A stretch of 64,000 nt of DNA, taken from NCBI GenBank assembly GCA_036770665.1, contig DAIPIS010000002.1, positions 1,620 to 65,619 of the forward strand, in the 5' to 3' direction. Each line of letters begins with the position of its first letter. The first letter of the stretch is position 1. Of this stretch, positions 30,001 through 38,670 are shown piece after piece. The DNA is from Meridianimarinicoccus sp. GTDB lineage: Bacteria > Pseudomonadota > Alphaproteobacteria > Rhodobacterales > Rhodobacteraceae. A model generated the notes under the pieces. That model saw only the letters and a list, made by a program, of their open reading frames with translations, searched no databases and was not told where the DNA came from. The position numbers and the translations under genes were made by a program.

Positions 30001-30178
30001 CGACACATCGCCCCACGTGCAGACGCTGGTGCCGCTGGTGGTGGCGGTGGCCTTTGGCCTCATGGCGTCCATGGTGCTCGTGGTGCTCGTGTTTCCCGCC
30101 GTGCTGGCGATCTATTTCGACCTGTTCAGCCTGCGCCGGTGGATGGCGCAGTTCGGGCCCGCCGCACCCGCGGCGTGA
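27080..30178 (+). CDS. RND efflux permease (AcrB/AcrD/AcrF family)
   Basis: MIAYFVRHPVAANLLM, GLIMDDSIVIAEN (TM4 Asp pair), GIVVNNAI, DRFRPVFLST; 1032 aa. Confidence 0.93.
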   Translation: MIAYFVRHPVAANLLMGLTCVLGISVITSIERESFPEFTADTVAITVPYPGASARDVDTDICIPLEDALTGLTGLADFECLSVDGRARATAELEQGGEIIQFFNDVFSTVGGIGDFPADAETPVVEIAARSDLVAMVAVTGIAGRQGLIDYAEDLADRLRALPGVAEATVSGVSPRELRVTFDAQALRRFGMSSDDIIAAIEARSLTQPLGSADLDAGSLTLRYAGASRSLAELEDLVIRETPQGGVLRLRDLGRVDLVDSDDTRHAMLDGTGAAIVSVSKSPDADSLRVFDAMADLLARDTARLPDPFVLTVINNRTETVRERLSLISGNIMLGLGLVFVTMWLFFSLREALWISATLPVSFLGSLFVMAQLGITLNMVTMVGLLMAVGLIMDDSIVIAENINSWRRRAGPVEAAIRGTTEVLPGVLSSFLTTACVFGPLMFLSGDMGQVLQFIPMVLLITLSLSLFEGFTMLPHHLSTVPNATNPDARLAARALDRVRTRLVLPLAARLVAWRYATLGTVFAALILSIGLVASGQIKVVGFPKTESDTVIARLALTSGIDSARTEATVARLLEGLAAVDARFTPDTATGAPLVQRVLVQHGVNSDVDDTGAHTATITVDLLETALRNVAADTVLAAWREAAGPLPDMVQLSFVQAESGPGGRDLDVEIAGRDPDAVERAAADLLTALLARDDVTEAFQDLYGGRQELRVRLNAQGQAAGLTPQALAGQIRNAFEGQETDSFRIGPASLTVRVQMADTLSSLTDLDLFPITLPDGSQTALARVADLTLARSYPVITRKNGMVVAHIRGQIDRSQITPAGIAAVVTDTLAPDIAARHPDVQIGIGGAAADQQASQASTLSALLLGLVGVYVILAFQFRSYTLPVTVMLSIPFALIGTILGHWALGMDLAMPSFIGFASLAGIVVNNAILFLTFFQTHLRDDDYVTAALGAVSDRFRPVFLSTATTVAGLLPILADTSPHVQTLVPLVVAVAFGLMASMVLVVLVFPAVLAIYFDLFSLRRWMAQFGPAAPAA

Positions 30179-30260
30179 TCCCGAAGGCCGCCGCCGGTGG
30201 CGGCGCGGGCCGGACCCTGTCGGCGCGGCCCAGCCCGGTGCGCGGGATCCGGCTGCCCCC

Positions 30261-31769
30261 TCAGGCCGCCGGTGTCGCAGACTCCTGCCCCGGCTTCGCG
30301 CGGCTCAGTTGCCCCCAGATGCCATAGCAGAGCGACATGACCGCGAGGATCAGCAGCACCGCGGTCATGGGACGGGTCACGAGGTCCAGCAGGTTGCCGT
30401 CCGCAAGGATCAGACCCTGGCGCAGGCTCAGTTCCGCGATGGGGCCAAGAACCAGCCCGATGATGAAGCACGCGACCGAAAAGCCCAGCCGCCGGAGCAG
30501 GAACCCCACCACGCCGAAGATCAGCATGACCGCGACGTCAACGGCGTTGTTGTTGAGCGCGTAGACACCGGTCATGCACAGCACGACGATCGCGGGGCCG
30601 ACCAGCGCATAGGGTGCCTTCAGGATCACCGCGAAATACCGGGCCGCGCGCAGGCCGATGACGATCATCAGCACGTTCGCGATCAGCATCGCGATGAAGA
30701 TCGAATAGACCAGCGTCGGGTTGGTCTGCATCAGCAGCGGACCGGGCACGATGCCGTGAATGGTCAGGCCGCCGATCATCACGGCGGTGGTGGCACTGCC
30801 CGGGATCCCCAGCGCAAGCAGCGGGATCAAGGACCCGCCCACCGCGGCGTTGTTGGCCGCTTCCGGGGCGGCGATCCCCTCGGGCTGGCCGGTGCCGAAC
30901 TTCTCGGGTGTCTTCGACCAGCGCACCGCTTCGGAATAGCTGATGAAGGCGGCCGTCGTGGCACCCACACCAGGCAGCGCGCCCACGGCCGTTCCGATTG
31001 CGGATGACCGGATGAGCGTCCAGCGCAGTTGCAGGAACTCGCCCAGCCGCGGCAGGCGGGTCGACACGCCCTGGATGCTTTCGGTGCGACCGGGTCCTTC
31101 GCTGAACCGCTGCAGCACCTCGGCCAGCGCGAAGATGCCGATGATGGCGGGCACGAAGCCGACCCCGGTCAGCAGCATCATGTTGCCGAAGGTGTAGCGC
31201 GGCATCCCGGTCAGCGGGTCGATGCCGATGGTGGCCACCGCCAACCCCAGCAGACCCGCCAGAAGCCCCTTGATCACCGACCCGCCCCCGATGGACGCGA
31301 TCGCGGTGATGCCGAAGACAGCGAGCGCGAAGTATTCCGCGGGTCCGAAATGCAACGCCAGCCGCGCAAGGGGCGGCGCGGCCAGCATCAGCACGATGGA
31401 CCCGACGATGCCGCCCACCGCCGACGCCCCGAGCGCCAGTCCCAGCGCCTTGCCCGCCTCGCCGCGCCGCGCCATCGGATAGCCGTCCAGCGCCGTGCAG
31501 GCGGCTTCGGGCGACCCCGGCGTGTTGAACAGGATGGCCGAGATCGATCCGCCGAAGGTCGATCCCACATAGACGCCCCCGAGCACGATCAGGCCTGTGG
31601 TCGCATCCAGCACGAAGGTGAAGGGGATCAGAAGTGCCACGCCCACGATGCCGGTCAATCCGGGGATCGCCCCGAAGATGATGCCCCACAGCACCGACAG
31701 CACCAGAAAGACCAGCGTCATGGGGTTGCCGAACATGAAGGACAGGGCGGACAGATAGGCGTCGAGCAT
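30261..31769 (-). CDS. tctA: Tripartite tricarboxylate transporter large permease
   Basis: GAIPGL, GGSISAILFNTPGSP, APEAANNA, LALGIPGS. Confidence 0.93.
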   Translation of the reverse strand: MLDAYLSALSFMFGNPMTLVFLVLSVLWGIIFGAIPGLTGIVGVALLIPFTFVLDATTGLIVLGGVYVGSTFGGSISAILFNTPGSPEAACTALDGYPMARRGEAGKALGLALGASAVGGIVGSIVLMLAAPPLARLALHFGPAEYFALAVFGITAIASIGGGSVIKGLLAGLLGLAVATIGIDPLTGMPRYTFGNMMLLTGVGFVPAIIGIFALAEVLQRFSEGPGRTESIQGVSTRLPRLGEFLQLRWTLIRSSAIGTAVGALPGVGATTAAFISYSEAVRWSKTPEKFGTGQPEGIAAPEAANNAAVGGSLIPLLALGIPGSATTAVMIGGLTIHGIVPGPLLMQTNPTLVYSIFIAMLIANVLMIVIGLRAARYFAVILKAPYALVGPAIVVLCMTGVYALNNNAVDVAVMLIFGVVGFLLRRLGFSVACFIIGLVLGPIAELSLRQGLILADGNLLDLVTRPMTAVLLILAVMSLCYGIWGQLSRAKPGQESATPAA

Positions 31770-31816
31770 GGTGGAGGTCTCCCGGGTGCGCGCCCGCGGT
31801 CAACGCGGGGCGAACA

Positions 31817-32320
31817 TCAGTGAAGCAGCAGGCTGAGATCGTTGAAAATCCCGCGCCCGCGCGGCAGCGGCAAGGACAGGACACGGGTGAACAGCAGCAG
31901 CAGGCCCGCCGTGAACACCGGCGCGAAGATCAGCTTGGCGCGCAGGTTGTCGTAGGGTGTGACGAAACTCGCCGCCCACAGGAACACCATCGTCGACACG
32001 AGAAAGCCCACCGGCTGCAGGGCGTAGAAATACCCCACGATCAGCCCCCCGGTCAGCATGAACCGCACCGCGGCGGCGCGATCTATCCGCGGCGCCGTCC
32101 AGGCCGCGCCACTGCCCTCGGCGAACAGCGCAAGGGCTTTCTGCACCAGCAGGATCCCCGACAGAAGCGCGATGGTGGCAAAGACGATCTTGGGCCAGAA
32201 ATCGGTGTCCACCCCTTCATAGCGTTTCATTGCGGGAAAGCCGTCGGCCACGATCCAGAGCCAGATCGAGGCCGCGAACAGGCCGGCGGCGACGACAGCG
32301 TCGGTCAGGCGCGACAGCAT
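31817..32320 (-). CDS. tctB: Tripartite tricarboxylate transporter small permease
   Basis: Four TM helices, FWPK, VGFLVST, LSLPLPRG; between tctC and tctA. Confidence 0.88.
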   Translation of the reverse strand: MLSRLTDAVVAAGLFAASIWLWIVADGFPAMKRYEGVDTDFWPKIVFATIALLSGILLVQKALALFAEGSGAAWTAPRIDRAAAVRFMLTGGLIVGYFYALQPVGFLVSTMVFLWAASFVTPYDNLRAKLIFAPVFTAGLLLLFTRVLSLPLPRGRGIFNDLSLLLH

Positions 32321-32383
32321 GGCGGTGTCTCCGATGGGATGGGGGGCGGCCGCGAATCCAGCCACGGCCGCCGGTGTGCCGTA

Positions 32384-33346
32384 TCAGTTGTCGATCAGGC
32401 CAAGCTGGGACAGCACTTCGGTATAGATCCCGATCTCGGTCTCCAGGAAGGCCGCGAATTCATCGGGCCCCAGCAGGACCGACCGGTACTGCAGCGCGTT
32501 GTCCGCTTCGATCTTCTTGTAGGCGTCCGTGGCCGCGGCCTCTGCGACGATGTCATACAGCGCTTCGGCCTGTTCGGGCGTGTCGCCAGCCTGCAGGGCA
32601 AAGCCGCGCCAGCGGCCCAGCGTCACGTCATAGCCCAGTTCGCGCGCGGTGGGCACCTCGGGCAGTTCGGGCAGGCGGTCTTCGGAGAACACGACCAGCG
32701 CCCGCAGGTCGCCCGAGTCGATCAGCCCGCGCGCGGGGCCATATTCCTCGTACATCAGGTCCACATGGCCGCCCAGCGTGTTCGATACCATTTCCGCGGC
32801 CGAGAAGGGCACCGTCGTCAGTTCGGTTTCGGTCGCCAGGTTCCACAGACCCACCAGCGCGTCGTCGAAGCCCACGGTCCCGGTCACGGCCACGTTGATG
32901 CCGCCCGGTTCGGCCTTCGCGGCGGCGATCAGGTCGTCGATGGTCTGCAGCGGGCTGTCCGCATTGACGAGGAACAGGCCCTGATCGTACTGCACGCGGG
33001 CAACCGGACGCATGTCATCCATCGAAATGCGCCCGAGCGCGTGGTTGATCACTTGCTCGGGGCCGATGGCCATCAGCGTATGGCCGTCGGCGCGGCGCTG
33101 CATGAAGGTGGCACTGGCCGGAACGCCGCCGCCACCCTGCACCGAGATCGAGGTCAGGGGGTGGCCGGTGATTGCCTCGAAAGGCCCGGCGATGGCGCGC
33201 ACGAAATTGTCGGTGCCGCCGCCGGGGCCGAACTGGTGGATCGCCTCGATCCCGCGGCTCGGATAGTCCTGTGCATGGCCCGCGATGGCGGCACAGCCAA
33301 GCGCGAGCGTCGCCGCGGCGGTCTTCAGGGTCGCATGTCTGGTCAT
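32384..33346 (-). CDS. tctC: Tripartite tricarboxylate transporter substrate-binding protein
   Basis: Signal peptide, YPSR, FGPGGGTD, ADGHTL, LPEVPTA. Confidence 0.9.
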   Translation of the reverse strand: MTRHATLKTAAATLALGCAAIAGHAQDYPSRGIEAIHQFGPGGGTDNFVRAIAGPFEAITGHPLTSISVQGGGGVPASATFMQRRADGHTLMAIGPEQVINHALGRISMDDMRPVARVQYDQGLFLVNADSPLQTIDDLIAAAKAEPGGINVAVTGTVGFDDALVGLWNLATETELTTVPFSAAEMVSNTLGGHVDLMYEEYGPARGLIDSGDLRALVVFSEDRLPELPEVPTARELGYDVTLGRWRGFALQAGDTPEQAEALYDIVAEAAATDAYKKIEADNALQYRSVLLGPDEFAAFLETEIGIYTEVLSQLGLIDN

Positions 33347-33443
33347 TGTGGTCGTCCTCCCTTGGTGTGTCAGGTGTTGAAGCCGGGGGTCTTCTGCGGA
33401 CCCGGTTTACCGGCGGTTGCGTCGCCCCCCGCGGGGGGCGCGG

Positions 33444-34634
33444 TCATTCGGCCGCGAGCGCCGGGGTCGCTTCCCGGTCGAGCACGGCCATCGCGGCGTC
33501 GATTCCGCCGGGGGTGTGGGGCACGCCCGCCTTGCGCAGGCCAAGCTCCACGCCGGTCAGCGTGCCGATCAGCATCAGGTCGTTGAAATCGCCCAGATGG
33601 CCGATGCGGAACACCTTGTCGGCGACCTTGGACAGGCCATTGCCGAGCGAGATGTCGTAATGCCGAAGTGCGGCGGCGCGGAAGGCGTCGGCGCTGTGGC
33701 CATCGGGCATCATGACGGCTGTCAGAACCCCGCTCTCCTGTCCCTGCCTGCGGCACAGCACCTCCAGCCCCCAGGCGCGCACGGCGGCACGGGTGGCGGC
33801 ACCGTGGCGGGCATGGCGGGCAAAGACGGCGTCCAGCCCTTCCTCGTGCAGCATCGCCACCGCCTCGTTCAGGCCGTAAAGCATGTTGGTGGCGGGCGTG
33901 TAGGGGAAGTACCCCGTCGCGTTCGGCCCGGTCATGTCCTGCCAGTCCCAGTAGGACCGGCGCATCCCGCCCGTTTTCGAAAGCGCCAGCGCCCGGTCGC
34001 TGACCGCGTTGAACGACAGGCCCGGCGGCAGCATCAGCCCCTTCTGCGAGCCGGACACGGCGACATCGACGCCCCAGTCGTCGAAGCGGAAGTCGATGGA
34101 TGCCAGCCCCGAGATCGTGTCGACCATCAGCAGCGCCGGATGCCCCGCGGCGTCGATGGCGCGGCGCACGTCGGCCACCGGCGACACCGATCCGGTGGAG
34201 GTTTCGTTGTGCACCACGCAGACCGCCTTGATCCGGTGGTCGGTGTCGGCACGCAGGCGCGTCTCGATGGCGTCGGGGTCCGCCCCACCGCGCCAGTCGC
34301 CGGCGATGAACTCGGCCGAAATCCCCAGCCGGTCGGCCATCTTCTTCCACAGGGTGGCGAAGTGGCCGGTTTCGTACATCAGCACATGATCGCCTTCGGC
34401 CAGCACGTTCACGAGGGCCGCTTCCCACGCGCCGGTGCCCGACGACGGGAAGATGAACACATGCTGCCGGGTCTTGAAGATCGACTTCATCCCGTCCAGC
34501 GCCCGGTGGCCGACATCCGCGAAGCCGGGGCCGCGATGATCCATGGTCTGGGCGGAAATGGCGCGGAGGATTCGGTCGGGCACGGCGCTGGGGCCCGGGA
34601 TCTGAAGAAAATGCCGTCCTGCGATGCGCGTCAT
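33444..34634 (-). CDS. Class V PLP aminotransferase (serine/alanine-glyoxylate aminotransferase-like)
   Basis: RHFLQIPGP, DHRGP, SSGTGAWE, VHNETSTG, VDTIS, GSQKGLMLPPG (PLP Lys), FRIGHLG. Confidence 0.9.
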   Translation of the reverse strand: MTRIAGRHFLQIPGPSAVPDRILRAISAQTMDHRGPGFADVGHRALDGMKSIFKTRQHVFIFPSSGTGAWEAALVNVLAEGDHVLMYETGHFATLWKKMADRLGISAEFIAGDWRGGADPDAIETRLRADTDHRIKAVCVVHNETSTGSVSPVADVRRAIDAAGHPALLMVDTISGLASIDFRFDDWGVDVAVSGSQKGLMLPPGLSFNAVSDRALALSKTGGMRRSYWDWQDMTGPNATGYFPYTPATNMLYGLNEAVAMLHEEGLDAVFARHARHGAATRAAVRAWGLEVLCRRQGQESGVLTAVMMPDGHSADAFRAAALRHYDISLGNGLSKVADKVFRIGHLGDFNDLMLIGTLTGVELGLRKAGVPHTPGGIDAAMAVLDREATPALAAE

Positions 34635-34688
34635 GGCGCCCTCCCTGTGTCGTTCCGTGTCTTTGGGCCGATACTTCAGCGGCGACCC

Positions 34689-34709
34689 TTTGCATATTTA
34701 ATTTTGCAT
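34689..34709. promoter_or_regulatory. Putative GntR operator (TTTGCAT direct repeat)
   Basis: TTTGCAT-N7-TTTGCAT in the AT-rich divergent intergenic region; TTGACA on minus strand at 34734-34739. Confidence 0.45.
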
Positions 34710-34759
34710 TACGTATTCAGTCGAGCTAGTTTGTGTCAACAAAAATCGGGGAGGATTGG

Positions 34760-37672
34760 ATGGACCTGCTGGATCGCGCGCTGTCGCTGGGCTTCCGGGG
34801 CGAGATGTGGGGCGACGCGTTCACGCGCGGGCGGTATTCGACAGATGCGTCGTTCTATCAGATCACGCCTGCGGCGGTGGCTCTGCCCACCTCTGCCGAA
34901 GATGTGCGAATCGCGCTGGCGGCCGCGTCCGAAGCCGGGCTGCCGCTGACCGGGCGGGGTGGCGGCACGTCGCAATGCGGGCAGACGGTCAACAGCGGGC
35001 TCGTTCTCGACAATTCCCGGCATTTCAACCGCATCCTCGAGATCGACGTGGAAAACCGCCGCGCCGTGGTCGAACCCGGCATCGTGCTCGATGAGTTGAA
35101 CCGGGCGCTGAAGCCCCATGGACTGTGGTATCCGGTCGATGTGTCCACCGCGTCGCGGGCCACGATCGGCGGGATGGCCGCGAACAATTCCTGCGGAGGT
35201 CGGTCGCTGCGCTATGGCACCATGCGCCACAACGTGCTGTCGATCGATGCGGTCCTGCACGACGGCACGGTCGCGCATTTCGGCCCGGTGGACCGCGCCG
35301 CCCCGCGTGGCAACGATACGGCGGGCCGGATCGTGGCGCGGATGCTGGATCTGGGCGCGGACCACGCGGCGCTGATCGACGACCGCTTTCCCAAGCTCAA
35401 CCGCCGGGTGGGCGGCTACAACATCGACGCGCTGGTCCCGTCCGAAACCACGCCCAACCTCGCGCATCTGCTGGTCGGCTCCGAAGGCACGCTGGCCTAT
35501 TTCACGCGGATCGAACTGAAACTCTGGCCGCTGGTGGGACGCCGCGTTCTGGGCGTGTGCCACTTCCCGACCTTCTACCAGGCGATGGACGCGACCCGGC
35601 ATCTGGTCGCGCTCAAGCCGCTGTCGGTCGAACTGGTCGACGCCACCATGATCGGCCTGTCGCGGCAGATCCCGATGTTCCGCAAGACCGTGGACCAGTT
35701 CGTGCGCGGCGAACCCGCGGCACTGCTGCTGGTCGAGTTCGACGAACCGACCGAGGCCGAGAACACAGCGCAGCTTGACCGGCTGGACGAGCGCATGGGC
35801 GACCTTGGCTTCGACTGGCGCGGCAGCGGTGGGGACTGGGGCGGCGTCGTGCGCATCACCGACCAGCGCCTGCAGACCCAGATCGCCGAGGTGCGCAAAT
35901 CCGGGCTCAACATCATGATGTCCATGAAACAGGAGGGCAAACCGGTGTCCTTCGTGGAGGATTGCGCGGTCGAACTGGCCGACCTGGCCGAATATACCCG
36001 CGAACTGACCGAGGTGTTCGAACGCCACGGCACGCGCGGCACGTGGTATGCGCACGCCTCCGTCGGCTGCCTTCACGTGCGCCCGGTGCTGAACCTCAAG
36101 CTTGACGGCGATGTCGCGCGGATGCGGGCCATCGCCGAGGAGGCTTTCGGGCTGGTGGCGAAATACAAGGGCTCCCATTCCGGCGAACATGGCGACGGCA
36201 TCGTGCGGTCCGAGTTCCACGAACGCATGTTCGGCCCCGACATCATGGCCGCCTTCCACACCGTCAAGGACAGCTTCGACCCCGACCGCCGGTTCAACCC
36301 CGGCAAGATCGTGGAGGCGCCGAAGATGGATGACCGCAGCCTGTTCCGCTATCCGCCCGATTACGCGGTCAAGCCGCTGGCGACCGTGTTCGACTGGTCG
36401 GCCTATCCCGGCGCGGGCGGCGGTTTCCAGGGCGCGGTGGAAATGTGCAACAACAACGGGGCCTGCCGCAAACTGGCTGGCGGCACCATGTGCCCGTCCT
36501 ACCGCGCGACGCGCAACGAACGCGACGTGACGCGGGGGCGGGCCAACACGCTGCGTCTGGCGATTTCGGGGCAGTTGGGGCCGGATGCCTTCACCTCCGA
36601 CGAGATGGCGGAAACGATGAAGCTGTGCGTGTCGTGCAAGGGCTGCAAGCGCGAATGCCCGACCGGCGTGGACATGGCCAAGATGAAGATCGAGGTTCTG
36701 GCCGCCCGCGCCAAGGCGAAGGGCCTGCCGGTGCGCGACTATCTTGTCGGCTTCCTGCCTGCCTATGGCCCTGTGGCCGCCCGCCTGCCGTGGCTTGCCA
36801 ACGCGCGCGACACCATCCCCGGCCTTGCCCGCCTGCTGGAAAGACCCACCGGGTTTTCGGCCCTCCGGAAGCTGCCGCAATGGTCCGCCCGCCGGTTCCG
36901 CGACGGCGAAGCACGCGATGACGCCGCCGATGTCGTGCTGTTCGCCGACACCTTCAACCGCTACTTTGAACCGGAGAACCTGCGCGCGGCCGTCCGTGTG
37001 CTCCGGGCCGGTGGCCAGCGCGTGACCACCGCACGGCCCGAGCTTGGCCGCCCGCTGTGCTGCGGGCGCACCTTCCTGTCGGTAGGCCTCGTGGACCGGG
37101 CGAAGGCCGAGGCGGAGCGCCTTGTCGCGGCGCTCCTGCCCCATGCGGCGGCCGGGCGCGCCATCGTCGGGCTGGAACCGTCCTGCCTGCTGACGCTGCG
37201 CGACGAAATCCCGTCGCTGCTGCCTGGCGATGCGTCCCGCCGCGTGGCGGAGGCCGCGAAGATGCTGGAAGAACACATCGTCGATGCGACCGACGCCGGA
37301 ACGCTGTCGCTGCCGCTGCGGTCGCCCGCAAAGCGGGTGCTGCTGCATGGCCATTGCCACCAGAAGGCGATGGATGTGGTGCCCGCGATCCAGAAGACAC
37401 TGGCGCTTTTGCCGGAAACGGATATCGAGATGGTGGAGAGCAGTTGCTGCGGGATGGCAGGAGCGTTCGGCTACGGTGTCGAAACCGAGGAGGTGTCTCG
37501 CCAGATGGGTGAATTGTCGCTGTTCCCGGCGGTCCGCAGCGCAGCCACCGACACGCTCGTGGTCGCGGACGGCACATCGTGCCGGCACCAGATCGCGGAC
37601 GGCACCGCACGCGACGCGATCCACGTGGCCCGTCTGCTGGACATGGCCCTGACGAGGGAGACGGCGTCGTGA
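34760..37672 (+). CDS. FAD-linked 2-hydroxyacid oxidoreductase fused to 4Fe-4S and CCG domains (YdiJ/GlcD-GlcF-like)
   Basis: YSTDAS, RGGGTSQCGQ, GSEGTL, GEHGDG, NPGK, CVSCKGCKRECP, CCG motifs; GGGGAGG RBS. Confidence 0.9.
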   Translation: MDLLDRALSLGFRGEMWGDAFTRGRYSTDASFYQITPAAVALPTSAEDVRIALAAASEAGLPLTGRGGGTSQCGQTVNSGLVLDNSRHFNRILEIDVENRRAVVEPGIVLDELNRALKPHGLWYPVDVSTASRATIGGMAANNSCGGRSLRYGTMRHNVLSIDAVLHDGTVAHFGPVDRAAPRGNDTAGRIVARMLDLGADHAALIDDRFPKLNRRVGGYNIDALVPSETTPNLAHLLVGSEGTLAYFTRIELKLWPLVGRRVLGVCHFPTFYQAMDATRHLVALKPLSVELVDATMIGLSRQIPMFRKTVDQFVRGEPAALLLVEFDEPTEAENTAQLDRLDERMGDLGFDWRGSGGDWGGVVRITDQRLQTQIAEVRKSGLNIMMSMKQEGKPVSFVEDCAVELADLAEYTRELTEVFERHGTRGTWYAHASVGCLHVRPVLNLKLDGDVARMRAIAEEAFGLVAKYKGSHSGEHGDGIVRSEFHERMFGPDIMAAFHTVKDSFDPDRRFNPGKIVEAPKMDDRSLFRYPPDYAVKPLATVFDWSAYPGAGGGFQGAVEMCNNNGACRKLAGGTMCPSYRATRNERDVTRGRANTLRLAISGQLGPDAFTSDEMAETMKLCVSCKGCKRECPTGVDMAKMKIEVLAARAKAKGLPVRDYLVGFLPAYGPVAARLPWLANARDTIPGLARLLERPTGFSALRKLPQWSARRFRDGEARDDAADVVLFADTFNRYFEPENLRAAVRVLRAGGQRVTTARPELGRPLCCGRTFLSVGLVDRAKAEAERLVAALLPHAAAGRAIVGLEPSCLLTLRDEIPSLLPGDASRRVAEAAKMLEEHIVDATDAGTLSLPLRSPAKRVLLHGHCHQKAMDVVPAIQKTLALLPETDIEMVESSCCGMAGAFGYGVETEEVSRQMGELSLFPAVRSAATDTLVVADGTSCRHQIADGTARDAIHVARLLDMALTRETAS

Positions 37673-38388
37673 CCTTCCAGCTCAATTCGGTGACGGCACC
37701 GCGGCGCACGTCGCTGCACGAAGGGCTGGCCGTCGCGCTGCGCGAGATCATCGTCAACGGTGAACTGACCCCCGGCACCAAGGTTCCCGAAAAGGACCTG
37801 TGCGAAGCCTTCGGCGTGTCGCGCACACCGCTGCGCGAGGCGCTGAAGGTGCTGGCCGCCGAGGGGCTCGTGATCCTCGAACCCAATCGCGGGGCCTGGG
37901 TCAGCCCGATCACCGTCGCGGATCTGGAAGAGGTGTTTCCCGTCATGGGCGCGCTGGAGGCGCTGTCGGGCGAACTGGCCTGCGCGCGCATCACCGACGA
38001 CGAGATCGTCGAAATCCGCCGCCTGCATCACATCATGGTGGAGGCACACCGCACCGGCGACATGCCGGGGTATTTCGCGGTCAACCAGCAGATCCACGAA
38101 GCGATCCTTGCGGCCGCGCGCAACCAGACCCTCGCCGTCCAGTACCGATCGCTCGCCACGCGGGTGCGGCGTGCGCGCTATGTCGCCAACATGACGCAGG
38201 AGCGCTGGAACCAGGCCACGGCCGAGCACGAGGAGATGATCCAGTGTCTCGAACGGCGCGACGGCGCGGCGCTGGCCGAAGTTCTCAAGCGCCACCTGGC
38301 CAACAAGCTCCAGACGGTGCGGCACTGGCTGCTGACCATGCAGGCCGACGAGGACGCGGGGTTGCGCAAGGCTTCTGCGGACCGCTGA
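37669..38388 (+). CDS. GntR family regulator (FCD type)
   Basis: GELTPGTKVPEKDLCEAFGVSRTPLREAL wHTH; N..IH and EH FCD motifs; GTGA overlap with the oxidase stop. Confidence 0.92.
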   Translation: MTFQLNSVTAPRRTSLHEGLAVALREIIVNGELTPGTKVPEKDLCEAFGVSRTPLREALKVLAAEGLVILEPNRGAWVSPITVADLEEVFPVMGALEALSGELACARITDDEIVEIRRLHHIMVEAHRTGDMPGYFAVNQQIHEAILAAARNQTLAVQYRSLATRVRRARYVANMTQERWNQATAEHEEMIQCLERRDGAALAEVLKRHLANKLQTVRHWLLTMQADEDAGLRKASADR

Positions 38389-38670
38389 GCCGGCGGATCA
38401 TCGGTCCCCGATCCCGCGCCGGCCCGGAGTTCCCCCGGCGTCGACAGGACACTTGGCGCAGGTCCGTCCGCGCTGTACCCGCTCCCGTTGCCTTGAAACC
38501 GAAGCCGCCGCCGACGCGCGGGGCGCAAGGCCGAAATGCCATGATGGGGCTGGCTGCAGCCGCCTTTTCCCGGGGCGACGTTGCCGTCCCGACGCGGCCA
38601 GATGGCGCCTTGTGGGTCGCGTCCCACCGCCCCATACTTGGCGCCACGCATTCGGTTCAGGTCGATTTCA

